Below, one piece after another: positions 20,281-28,842 of a stretch of DNA of 64,000 bases. Made by a program: the position numbers and the translations under genes. Under the pieces are notes generated by a model that saw only the letters and a list, made by a program, of their open reading frames with translations, searched no databases and was not told where the DNA came from. The DNA comes from Candidatus Borrarchaeum weybense (lineage in GTDB: Archaea; Asgardarchaeota; Sifarchaeia; Borrarchaeales; Borrarchaeaceae): NCBI GenBank assembly GCA_019057385.1, contig JAHQJS010000005.1:256799-320798 (forward strand), written 5' to 3'. The first letter of the stretch is position 1; each line of letters begins with the position of its first letter.

Positions 20281-21317
20281 CTATTGTTTAAAGGATTTCC
20301 ACTCTGGATACGTTGAGCGTGGCATTATGACTTTCTTTGTATTAGCAACTATGCCATGATCTATTTCAAGAATCTCTTTACTTAACATAGTAGCCTCAGC
20401 AATACCAATTGCTTCGCCTTTCTGAGTAAATATGGCTACAGTACCACCTGGTTTGATATTATCGCTTAACTTTAATACACCAGGCGCCGTTAATTTTGCC
20501 CCATGGCATATTGCATCGACTGCAGAGTCTCGAATCACCAGCTTTGGAAGATGAACTAAGCCTTCTTCCACAGGTTGTATTACCTTACGCAGATACTGTT
20601 CCTTTCCATCCTCTTTCCAATAGTGATATGCATCGTTTACTTCAAGAAGTGTAACAAGAGTGTCATCCTCCTTGAATGGACCTGCACGCGTTCTCCTTAG
20701 TTCTAACATATGAGCCCCCGTGCCCAACACTTCGCCAATATCATGTACCAGCTTCCTCATATAGAATCCCGCTTCGCAACCGACTCGAATGAGCACGTCT
20801 TTTCCTAAAATTTCTAATACATTTGTATAATATACTCTACGGATTCTTAAGCGTCTTTTTACAGAAGATCTTAGTGGAGGACGCTGATAAAGTGGGCCTG
20901 TAAACTCTTGACATATTGTCTCTATTTTTTCGTGATCTACTTCTTTGTGAAGACGCATTATGCAGATGTATTCTTTCCCAGCAGGAAGCCAACTTTGTAC
21001 AACCTTTGTTGCACGTTCTAAAGCAACTGGAAGAATTCCTGTTACGCCGGGATTACTCTATTCTGAAGATTAACTCACCTTCAGAACTCTAGAGTCCCTC
21101 CATGTCCTGCTTTCTTTAATTCCAGAATTCTTTTGATCCATGCTACAACTTCATGACTTGTTGGTCCAGCAGGTTTATCTAAATTGATTATTCCAAAGGC
21201 TAAATGCTTTTCAATAGGACGTTCAGCAGGCTTATAACCCCATTCAGGATTTGTCGCCTCCTGTGCTTTAGTGATTAATTCTCCCCGCACGTCACTAGGT
21301 AGGCGGCCTCTTTCCAT
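20281..21317 (-). CDS. cbf5: H/ACA pseudouridine synthase Cbf5, two exons (21317-21089 and 21053-20281; 333 aa after splicing)
   Basis: [17 protein letters not shown]|DPGVTG restored by removing 35 nt, PUA domain. Confidence 0.95.
21054..21088 (-). other. 35-nt BHB intron in cbf5 at the catalytic Asp codon
   Basis: mRNA GGGA-CUCU-AG|A-GUUCUGAAG...CUUCAGAAU-AGAG-UA|A-UCCC forms a strict BHB; splicing gives CTA GAT CCC (L-D-P). Confidence 0.95.
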
Positions 21318-21388
21318 TTTTTCACCTTCTCATTTTTGGAAATCCCAAAAAGTTATTTATATTACAATAAAATAAGTAAAATTAAAAA

Positions 21389-21673
21389 TTAGGGCAGAAC
21401 GATTTTAACCCGTTCTTTTAATGCATCAGTCATCCCCGCAGCCTCAATTGCTTTAAGAACTGCTTCATCATCTGATCCTCGTCCGATTTCAATTTTTTCC
21501 GTTGTTGGTTCGATGTGTCGTATTGATGCACGTCGTCTTTTTACACCGTTTAATTCTTTAGGACCAGTTATTTCCACAGTTTTTGGGTCAACAATATCTA
21601 GGATCACACATTTTCTTCCGACTTCTCTCCCAGCCGTTTTTACGCAAATTCGTCCAATTTCTATCGCAGGCAT
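21389..21673 (-). CDS. rpl14e: 50S ribosomal protein L14e
   Basis: IEIGRICVKTAGRE.G, GVKRRR. Confidence 0.95.
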   Translation of the reverse strand: MPAIEIGRICVKTAGREVGRKCVILDIVDPKTVEITGPKELNGVKRRRASIRHIEPTTEKIEIGRGSDDEAVLKAIEAAGMTDALKERVKIVLP

Positions 21674-21674
21674 T

Positions 21675-22241
21675 TCATTTTTCACCTCCTATGAATTCTT
21701 GTATTGCTGTTTTTAAGATATTTGTTATTGAATCAATTGACCATTTGTCAGTATTAAGGATGATATCAAAGATGCTCAGGTCTTGAACGTCAATATTATA
21801 AATTTTTTTGTACCTCTTTCTTTCGCTTGTTTCACGCTTTGTCGTTTCGCCTAAAGCGTATTCATAAGGATCTCCGTCTCTTTGAGCAATTCTTTCGACA
21901 CGTACTTCTAATGGTGCGGTCACAAAGATGTTAAGATCAACAAAATCTTTACACATCCAGGCAGTCAAATGTCCATCTAACACTACATTTCCTTTTTTTG
22001 CTGCATCTATACTTCTTTCATCAATTTCTTTATCAATATGAATATTCTTCTCTGCAAATGTGCTAAAAGTGCTTAAATCCATTTCTCTTTGTTGAGCCAT
22101 TTGCCTAAAGATTTTTCCCGCAGAGATATGTTCTAATTCAAAGGCTTCCGCAATGTGTTTAGCAAAAGTGGATTTTCCAGCACCAGCTGTTCCAGAAATC
22201 GCTATTGTAAGACCCTTATTTTGGGGCAAACTATTCACCAA
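21675..22241 (-). CDS. cmk: Cytidylate kinase (archaeal)
   Basis: ISGTAGAGKST, SAG.IFR, conserved operon position. Confidence 0.92.
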   Translation of the reverse strand: MVNSLPQNKGLTIAISGTAGAGKSTFAKHIAEAFELEHISAGKIFRQMAQQREMDLSTFSTFAEKNIHIDKEIDERSIDAAKKGNVVLDGHLTAWMCKDFVDLNIFVTAPLEVRVERIAQRDGDPYEYALGETTKRETSERKRYKKIYNIDVQDLSIFDIILNTDKWSIDSITNILKTAIQEFIGGEK

Positions 22242-22275
22242 TATAAGAAAAAGAAATCAGTTTAAAAAAATGTTG

Positions 22276-22542
22276 CTAAATTCTTGCCGCCTGTTTTGTG
22301 AGTTCTTGCAGGCATTGAGGACAAAGATGCCCGCCATAAGGTCTTTCTGGACGGCGCTGCGTCTTTGGCAACTTTCTTATTTCTGCGGCGGAAAGGCGAG
22401 GAACACCTGATAACAATTTTCCGCAGTTTGCACACTTACTTTTTCTCACTTTTTTCTTCTTATAATGTGTAGTTGTTCGACCACCTGGCAATTTCATTTT
22501 TCGTTTTTTAATTAACCGAGTACGATAACGTGGTGCTGGCAT
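22276..22542 (-). CDS. rpl34e: 50S ribosomal protein L34e
   Basis: PGGR, C..CG..L.G, RPERPYGG.LC..C. Confidence 0.95.
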   Translation of the reverse strand: MPAPRYRTRLIKKRKMKLPGGRTTTHYKKKKVRKSKCANCGKLLSGVPRLSAAEIRKLPKTQRRPERPYGGHLCPQCLQELTKQAARI

Positions 22543-22600
22543 CTTGTTTTTCACCTACTTTTAACTGTTTTTAGTTACTTTTAACTCATCTGTATTTACT

Positions 22601-23194
22601 TCAGCTCGTCTGGAAAGCAGAAAGACCTCCCATACCGATATTTATACCAAAGATCCTCTGGACTATTGCACCAAATGCAAAGCTCGTCATGGCGTACCAC
22701 CAAACGAAGAGTAGCGCGTATAGGTTCTCTGCTCCAACATTCGCTCCAAAGAACGCAATTGGGAAGCTGAACGGAAGTATTACCACGTATCTAGCCCCTT
22801 CACCCGCAATAAGTGGTAAGTAACCATTGAAGAATCCATTTATTATCCAGAAAAGCGCAAAGAACCCTGGCATGTAAATGAACATTGGTTTAAACCTTTC
22901 CATCATTACTCTGCTTTGAATCTTCTGTATATAATTTTCTTTACGTTTCACCTTTCGATAAAGTCGCTTGTTAGCGGTTTTTTGAGCCTCAGCCTTTGCC
23001 TTATTCCAAGTTGCGATTTCCTTCTGGTAGCGATTAAGCTTGTCCATGTCCATTACGAAGCGACTAACAAGGCTAATCACTACGGAGAGTAGAATGGACA
23101 ACGATAGAATAAATAGAGTGGACCCTGGACGCTGGCCTATACCAACGTTATATAACCACTGATAAAATGGAATTAAGATGTTCCACCATGCCAT
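22601..23194 (-). CDS. EMC3/TMCO1 (DUF106) Oxa1-superfamily insertase
   Basis: TM, coiled coil, KPM, TM, WWY; conserved position after adk. Confidence 0.85.
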   Translation of the reverse strand: MAWWNILIPFYQWLYNVGIGQRPGSTLFILSLSILLSVVISLVSRFVMDMDKLNRYQKEIATWNKAKAEAQKTANKRLYRKVKRKENYIQKIQSRVMMERFKPMFIYMPGFFALFWIINGFFNGYLPLIAGEGARYVVILPFSFPIAFFGANVGAENLYALLFVWWYAMTSFAFGAIVQRIFGINIGMGGLSAFQTS

Positions 23195-23197
23195 TTT

Positions 23198-23794
23198 TTA
23201 ATTCACACCCTTTAATACGACTGCTAATTCTTCTGCAGTCTCATCAACCATACCTTCCTTATTTTTTACGATTTTGACAGTGGCTCCTGTCAAAACTGAA
23301 ATTGCAGTCGCAGCTGCCCGACATAGGTTTTGATGAGTGTTGATTTCTATCGTAGAATCTTGATCACGAGTTCTAGTTTCATCCTTTGAACGTCTACTAA
23401 AGATAAATTCTGGTTCTGCTTCAACAAGTACAATTACATCTGGTTTAAGTGTAGTGATAACCCATTCGGGTAATCCTGCTAGATAACCTTCTGGAGTTGC
23501 GATCAACATATGAGTATCGACTATTAATAGCTTTCCCTGTGCTGCTTTTTTTGCTATGATCTCTGCTGCATTCTTTTGAATTTCCCGTTGTTTTTCAGGT
23601 GGGAGTAGACGCATTTGATCTCTGTTTTCCACAAATCCTGAATTTACTGCCGCGTCAAACATCACAGATCCGTAATTTACGATCTCTACGGTATACTCTT
23701 GTCTAGCAATATCCGCCGCTTTATTCAAGACTGTTGTTTTCCCAACTCCGGGAATTCCAGTAACGATGACAATGCGTTTACTAGCCACACTCAT
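23198..23794 (-). CDS. adkA: Adenylate kinase (archaeal)
   Basis: TGIPGVGKTT, NYG..M, DTH, GYLAGLP. Confidence 0.95.
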   Translation of the reverse strand: MSVASKRIVIVTGIPGVGKTTVLNKAADIARQEYTVEIVNYGSVMFDAAVNSGFVENRDQMRLLPPEKQREIQKNAAEIIAKKAAQGKLLIVDTHMLIATPEGYLAGLPEWVITTLKPDVIVLVEAEPEFIFSRRSKDETRTRDQDSTIEINTHQNLCRAAATAISVLTGATVKIVKNKEGMVDETAEELAVVLKGVN

Positions 23795-23813
23795 GAATTA
23801 TCGCTCCGTTAAA

Positions 23814-25262
23814 TCATCCAAATCCTAAGAAATCTCTGAGGGATGGATGTATATCTGCTAATCGCTCTTTAGCTATGATCTCATAATATTGTGATATTAT
23901 CATAGTAGCTAACAGAATCCCCATGCCTGTACCAAGTGCTCCAAGATAATCTGCAAAAGCGGCTATAAGCGCAATCGCCACACCACCCCATATAGAGGCG
24001 GGACCAATGTAACGCTTCAGTAATTTTTCAAGTATCTTTGGACTACTTCTAAATCCAGGAACCATCATTCCTGCATCTAAAAGTTGCCTTGCCACATCTT
24101 TTGGAGCCATTCCTCCAACTTCAATCCATGTTACTGAGAAAATGGTGCACGCAACAATTAATACTAATAGATAAACTACAGCCCTCAAGGGATCCGCTGT
24201 CACCACTTCAATGCCTCGTGGAGGCGTCAAATAGTAGACAAGACCTCCTACAGGTTTCAATCCTGCATCTGTCGACTCGAAAGTACCAATTAAATTGTAC
24301 CAGAAGTTAGAGTTGCTCTTATTGTAACGTGACCATAATAACTGCCCAATAAGGTAAACATTAGCGAAGAAAGCCGCTGCAAGAATCACAGGAATATTCG
24401 AAGCGTAAAAGAATTTGATAGGATATCTTCCTTTAAAACCACGATATTTGGCATACGTAAGTGGTACTTCTATGCGAATAGCCTGCATGTAAATAACGAT
24501 AACAAACACAACTGCTGTGGCAATGAATCCTGTCATGTCTGGAAGGCTGCCTGGACGATCAAATGCGGTCATGGCATCTCCTTCAGCAATATATTGTCCA
24601 AGAGCTATGAGCGCACCATGATATTTACCGTCATCTGAAATTACAAGTCCTAAAGAGTTCCATGCTACCTGTTCGGCTACACCAGCAGCAATAAAGAGAG
24701 AAATTCCTGAGCCAAGACCCCATCCTTTCTGCAATAATTCGTCCATTAGCATGAGGACTATACCGGCAGCTATAAGCTGAATGAATATAAGAATTGTGAT
24801 ATCGATGGATAAGGTTCCAAACGCACCTCCGATAAGATATGCTAACGCCTGAAACACTGTCATTATTACACTTAACACTTTTTGAGCAGCAGTAAATAGA
24901 GAACGGTCTTCTGGATCCGAGAAGTCTACGTCAATGATCTGACTGCCAGATAATAACTGCATAACCAGCCCTGCAGTTACTATTGGGCCGATCCCCAACT
25001 CCATGAGTGTTCCTCTAGAACTCGCAAGAATGGTTCGCATCCAGAATTCCGCGAGCTATCTAAGTGATAGTTCTCTAAACGGGTCTGGACCGATATTCTT
25101 TGGAAGTCCATATAGAGGAATTTGTGCCATAACTAAATATAAGAGAAGACAAAGTACCGTATAAACTGCCTTTTCTTTGAAAGACACATCTCGATCTGGT
25201 TTCCCGACCTCTGGTATAACTCTCGATAATGGAGAGAAAATGCGTAAAAATGTACCTGTCAA
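23814..25262 (-). CDS. secY: Protein translocase SecY/Sec61alpha, two exons (25262-25077 and 25046-23814; 472 aa after splicing)
   Basis: PEV.KP, QIPLYG, DPF|FWMRTILASSRGTLMELGIGPIVT, KGWGLGSGISLFI, YPIKFFYASNIP, GTGMGILL. Confidence 0.93.
25047..25076 (-). other. 30-nt BHB/BHL-type intron in secY containing an in-frame TAG
   Basis: mRNA CCAGA-C-CCGU-UU|A-GAG-AA-CUAUC-acuua-GAUAG-CUC-GCGG-AA|U-UCUGG; splicing gives GAC CCG TTT TTC TGG ATG (DPFFWM). Confidence 0.85.
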
Positions 25263-25296
25263 CGATTTTCACCTAATATTTAACGATTGTTTTGCC

Positions 25297-25746
25297 TTAG
25301 TCTTTTGCAATAGGGACGATCTTACCCCCTACTGCCTCTATTTTTTCTATTGCTTTTTCTGAAAAACTATAAGCCTTTACATTCATTATTCTAGTGATTT
25401 TGCCCCCACCCAGAATCTTGTTATATCCGAACAGTGTCACATCAATTTCTACCGATTGATCACTAAACTGAACACCTTCCGTATCTTCTGGAAGAGTCTC
25501 AATTAATTCTTCTAATTTACTAATATTGATGGATTTGTCAGGCTTTCTCAATTTAACCGGTCTCTTGAAACCAAAAGAACCTATTGTTGCTCTTTCAGCT
25601 TCAGTTAAACCTGACTTAAGATGTTTATTTTTACCTGCCCAGCCCTTGCCGCCGCGCATTCCTGCTTTTCTATGCTGACCAACCCTTCCAAATCCATGGA
25701 CGCGTGATCCTCGGTATTTTCTTGTTTTTCGCCTTTTTCGAATCAA
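25297..25746 (-). CDS. rpl15: 50S ribosomal protein L15 (uL15)
   Basis: RK.RGSR.HG.G, KILGGG, A.EKIEA.GG. Confidence 0.95.
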   Translation of the reverse strand: MIRKRRKTRKYRGSRVHGFGRVGQHRKAGMRGGKGWAGKNKHLKSGLTEAERATIGSFGFKRPVKLRKPDKSINISKLEELIETLPEDTEGVQFSDQSVEIDVTLFGYNKILGGGKITRIMNVKAYSFSEKAIEKIEAVGGKIVPIAKD

Positions 25747-25767
25747 TTTTAGTTCTTCCTATTAGAA

Positions 25768-26247
25768 TTATATCATCTTCTGGATCAGCTCGATGATCGC
25801 CAACCCTCTATATCCAAGATCTCCTCCTTCTGTGAAGGACGCTTTAATGCCCTTAAGTCCTTTTCTCGGAGGGTGTAAACGAAACACTTTTTTTAATGAA
25901 GGTAAATCCGAAAATTCGGCTTTAAAACCACAAACAGACTGTGCAAATTCAGAAACAGATGAAAAAGACGTTTTTCTTTTAATAAGGTCATCTGTGATCT
26001 TCTTTTTGGTTTCAGCCATTTCGCCTCTCTTTGTTAACAGAAGTTCAACTGTGTCTGAATCTATTTCGCCCCATGTTACCCAGTCTTTAATTTTTTGCAA
26101 CATACCTTGATATGAAGAGCGGTCATCGATGATAACGCAGTTAAACCTACGAAACAGTTTAAGCATTTGTAGTGTGTCCTCTGTGGTTTTTCTTACATTT
26201 ACCCTGCCTCTCATCCGGATAACTGCTAATCGTTTTCTTTCTTCCAC
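25768..26247 (-). CDS. rpl30: 50S ribosomal protein L30 (uL30)
   Basis: AVIR.RG, VTWGE, FRLHPPRKG, GG.LGYRG. Confidence 0.95.
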   Translation of the reverse strand: MEERKRLAVIRMRGRVNVRKTTEDTLQMLKLFRRFNCVIIDDRSSYQGMLQKIKDWVTWGEIDSDTVELLLTKRGEMAETKKKITDDLIKRKTSFSSVSEFAQSVCGFKAEFSDLPSLKKVFRLHPPRKGLKGIKASFTEGGDLGYRGLAIIELIQKMI

Positions 26248-26258
26248 TTACATCAGCC

Positions 26259-26915
26259 TCAAGCCCAATCTTGTGGAGTCATAATCTTGTTGGTTTCTCG
26301 TAAAGCATCATAAACTGCATATGCATAATTGACTGTCGTGCGAGTATTACCTCGTGCTTTGCACCAAACATCTTCTATGCCTCCCAATCGCAACATAGTT
26401 TTTCCAACTTCACCAATTGCCAATCCTGTACCTTTGGGTGCTGGAAACAAATTAACTTGAACACTTCCAGCCTTTCCCATTACTTTAAAGGGAATAGTAT
26501 GACCTAATCCACATGCACATTCCCAACTCCCACATGAACGCCTTATTGGGATGATATTAAGTTTTGCTACAAGGATAGCCTTTCGTATGGCAGGACCAAT
26601 TTCTTTAGCTTTCGCAGTGCCTATTCCAACATATCCATCTTTATTGCCAACAACAACTGTTGCTTTGAATCGACTTTTTTCACCAGCATCTGTTTGTTTT
26701 TGAACGAGATTAATATCAAGAACTTCCTCTTGTAGATTAGGAAGTAGAGTATCGATTATTTGAGACTCTTTGATGGGTAAACTCAGTTTAAATAACTCAT
26801 CAACTGATGTTATTCTTCCTTCCTGCACCCATCGCCCTACTCGTGTTCTAGGTATCCAGCCTTCGGTAGGATCTTTTTCCTGTCTTCTAGGTTTTCTACG
26901 TCTACGTCTGGACAT
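26259..26915 (-). CDS. rps5: 30S ribosomal protein S5 (uS5)
   Basis: W.PRT..GR, VQKQTDAG, CGSWEC, PAPKGTGL. Confidence 0.97.
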   Translation of the reverse strand: MSRRRRRKPRRQEKDPTEGWIPRTRVGRWVQEGRITSVDELFKLSLPIKESQIIDTLLPNLQEEVLDINLVQKQTDAGEKSRFKATVVVGNKDGYVGIGTAKAKEIGPAIRKAILVAKLNIIPIRRSCGSWECACGLGHTIPFKVMGKAGSVQVNLFPAPKGTGLAIGEVGKTMLRLGGIEDVWCKARGNTRTTVNYAYAVYDALRETNKIMTPQDWA

Positions 26916-26917
26916 AT

Positions 26918-27535
26918 CTAATTAGCCTCCTTGTCAAAAGAATTTACTATTTTATTCTTAATTTCATCAAAATGTTCTGGAAGATTTTGGGGTTGTAATC
27001 CTCTTTTTGCTACTAATGTGAAAACCTGAGTCTGTTTTTTGTCTTCATCTTCCTCAGCCTCCGATAGTAGCTTTGCGTAGTTTGCTATGTCTTCTCCTCG
27101 TATACGCGATTCATCTGGTAAGACATCTTCACTATGTGGTATTGAAAGTCCAGCGTCTAATGCACCTTTCAGTGCTGCAAAGATTTTAGCACCTTTAATT
27201 GGGGCAACAATCCCAATATCTAAAACAGCATTTTCTAATCCCGCTTTTGTTGCGCGAAAACCTGCCAGTAATCCTGTAAGATATGTTGCAGGTATATTTC
27301 CACAATTACCTTTCCAGTCAAATTTTTCCTGCAATTCTTTAGAATGAGCGGAAACAATAACATGATCCCCATCCAGATGGGGCTTAAGAATTTGAACTGT
27401 AATATAACGATTAGACCTTCTAATTACGAAACGAAGCCGATTAGAAAGTAATAATTTTCTTCGAAGAAGATAATTTGTTTTTCCTTCTCTTCGTCTTCTG
27501 AAAACGACTCTGTATCTAGGGCCATGCCCTCTCAT
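26918..27535 (-). CDS. rpl18: 50S ribosomal protein L18 (uL18)
   Basis: GPRYRV.FRRRREGKTNY, YLTGLLAG, GALDAGL.IPHS. Confidence 0.97.
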   Translation of the reverse strand: MRGHGPRYRVVFRRRREGKTNYLLRRKLLLSNRLRFVIRRSNRYITVQILKPHLDGDHVIVSAHSKELQEKFDWKGNCGNIPATYLTGLLAGFRATKAGLENAVLDIGIVAPIKGAKIFAALKGALDAGLSIPHSEDVLPDESRIRGEDIANYAKLLSEAEEDEDKKQTQVFTLVAKRGLQPQNLPEHFDEIKNKIVNSFDKEAN

Positions 27536-27540
27536 TTAAT

Positions 27541-27990
27541 TCACCGCCGATATAAATCATGATCTTCTATCCATGTGTCCAGATGTGCTTTGCTGCGAAA
27601 ACTGTTGCCTTTTGCTTTTCGATACAACAAGCGATACGTTGAAGATGTGATCATCCTCCGAGCACGCAGCTTTTTGAGATGTCGCCTGATTGGTCGAATC
27701 TTTTGGATCCATTTACGTTTTCTAGGCAATCTTGCAGTTTTTCTACCCGCACGACTTCCGTACCCACGTTTGCGACCGAGTTTCTTTTGTTTATGCTTCT
27801 TTTTAGCTCGACCATGACTTATACCTGTCTCTGGCTTCTTTTTAATAAAGCCATCGTGAATCAATCTTCTTATATCTTCACGACGGATTGCCATTGAAAC
27901 TTCTTCAAGGCGTGTGGGGTTGATCCAGACTCTTGAAATACCTACTTTAAGTATGTCCGCTGCAAGTTCTTTTTGATTTTTCAGATCCAT
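27541..27990 (-). CDS. rpl19e: 50S ribosomal protein L19e
   Basis: QKELAADILKVG..RVW, GRKRGYGSRAG, YR.LYRKAKGN.F. Confidence 0.97.
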   Translation of the reverse strand: MDLKNQKELAADILKVGISRVWINPTRLEEVSMAIRREDIRRLIHDGFIKKKPETGISHGRAKKKHKQKKLGRKRGYGSRAGRKTARLPRKRKWIQKIRPIRRHLKKLRARRMITSSTYRLLYRKAKGNSFRSKAHLDTWIEDHDLYRR

Positions 27991-28098
27991 TTTCAGCACA
28001 TCCGTGAACTAGGTTTTTCACGGTTCATAATTTGGAAATATTGTAAGTACTACAGATAACCTCTTCAATTCTGATCTTGAGGAATAGTGTTTCTAATT

Positions 28099-28566
28099 CT
28101 AGATTTCTTCCTCAAAATCTTCTAATTCGAAATCTTCTAATTCTATATCTTCGAATCTTTCCGTTTCTGAAAGTTCAGCAAGTTCTAAAGGTACTTGTGG
28201 GTTTATTATAGTTATACCTAGGGTTTCTGCGTTATCTATAATTTGTGATCTTTTTCTTGCACCAACTGTATGGGCTATTCTTACAATTTCCTCATCAGGA
28301 TTAATCATACCTACTTCCTTTAGATTGTGAACAAGAACTTCCCTGTATCCTAAAGGATGAAGATTTCGAGTTTCTCTTGGTCCTTTGTAACCTACATTCA
28401 CAGATTTTGGAAGTCCTTTCTTTTTTTGACGCATTCTTGAGTCAATTCCACTTGGTCTCCTCCAAGATTTCTTAACTCGTTTATAGCGCCAACTTTCCTG
28501 CCTTCGGAACTTAGGTTTTTTTAATTTCTTCTTTTTACGTTCCCGAAGGAGTTTTCCTTCAATCAT
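28099..28566 (-). CDS. rpl32e: 50S ribosomal protein L32e with acidic C-terminal tail
   Basis: PKFRRQESWRYKR...WRRP.GID, HP.GY.EVLVHN. Confidence 0.95.
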   Translation of the reverse strand: MIEGKLLRERKKKKLKKPKFRRQESWRYKRVKKSWRRPSGIDSRMRQKKKGLPKSVNVGYKGPRETRNLHPLGYREVLVHNLKEVGMINPDEEIVRIAHTVGARKRSQIIDNAETLGITIINPQVPLELAELSETERFEDIELEDFELEDFEEEI

Positions 28567-28842
28567 TACTTCTCCTCCAATTAATTGGATGATTTGAATG
28601 TCTAACTTATCTAAACCTATTTTAAGCGTCATTTAGCTTAGTAATTGAAATTGTAAACGGGGCAGCATAGAGAAGGTTAGTATATTTTTTAAGTTTATCT
28701 CTATCGCAAGAAGACCCCTCAACTTATTGGGGGGATGAATTGCGGTTTCACTTTCACCGTAGTGTCCCCAATCTTTAAATAAGTTTTTGCGTCTACTACA
28801 CCCCATAAAATGAATAGTAGGGGGATAACAGGGATAGGTGTG

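Noticed and set aside
20959-21081. cbf5 as frameshifted pseudogene or programmed frameshift
   Set aside because: Fully explained by the 35-nt strict BHB intron
25056-25058. secY TAG as pyrrolysine/readthrough, sequencing error, or a naturally split SecY restarting at ATG 25040
   Set aside because: Readthrough would leave a 10-aa insertion inside a conserved motif; BHB-rule excision restores the motif exactly and the same operon has a clear BHB intron
28105-28155. 15-bp repeats at the rpl32e 3' end
   Set aside because: They simply encode the acidic ELEDF tail
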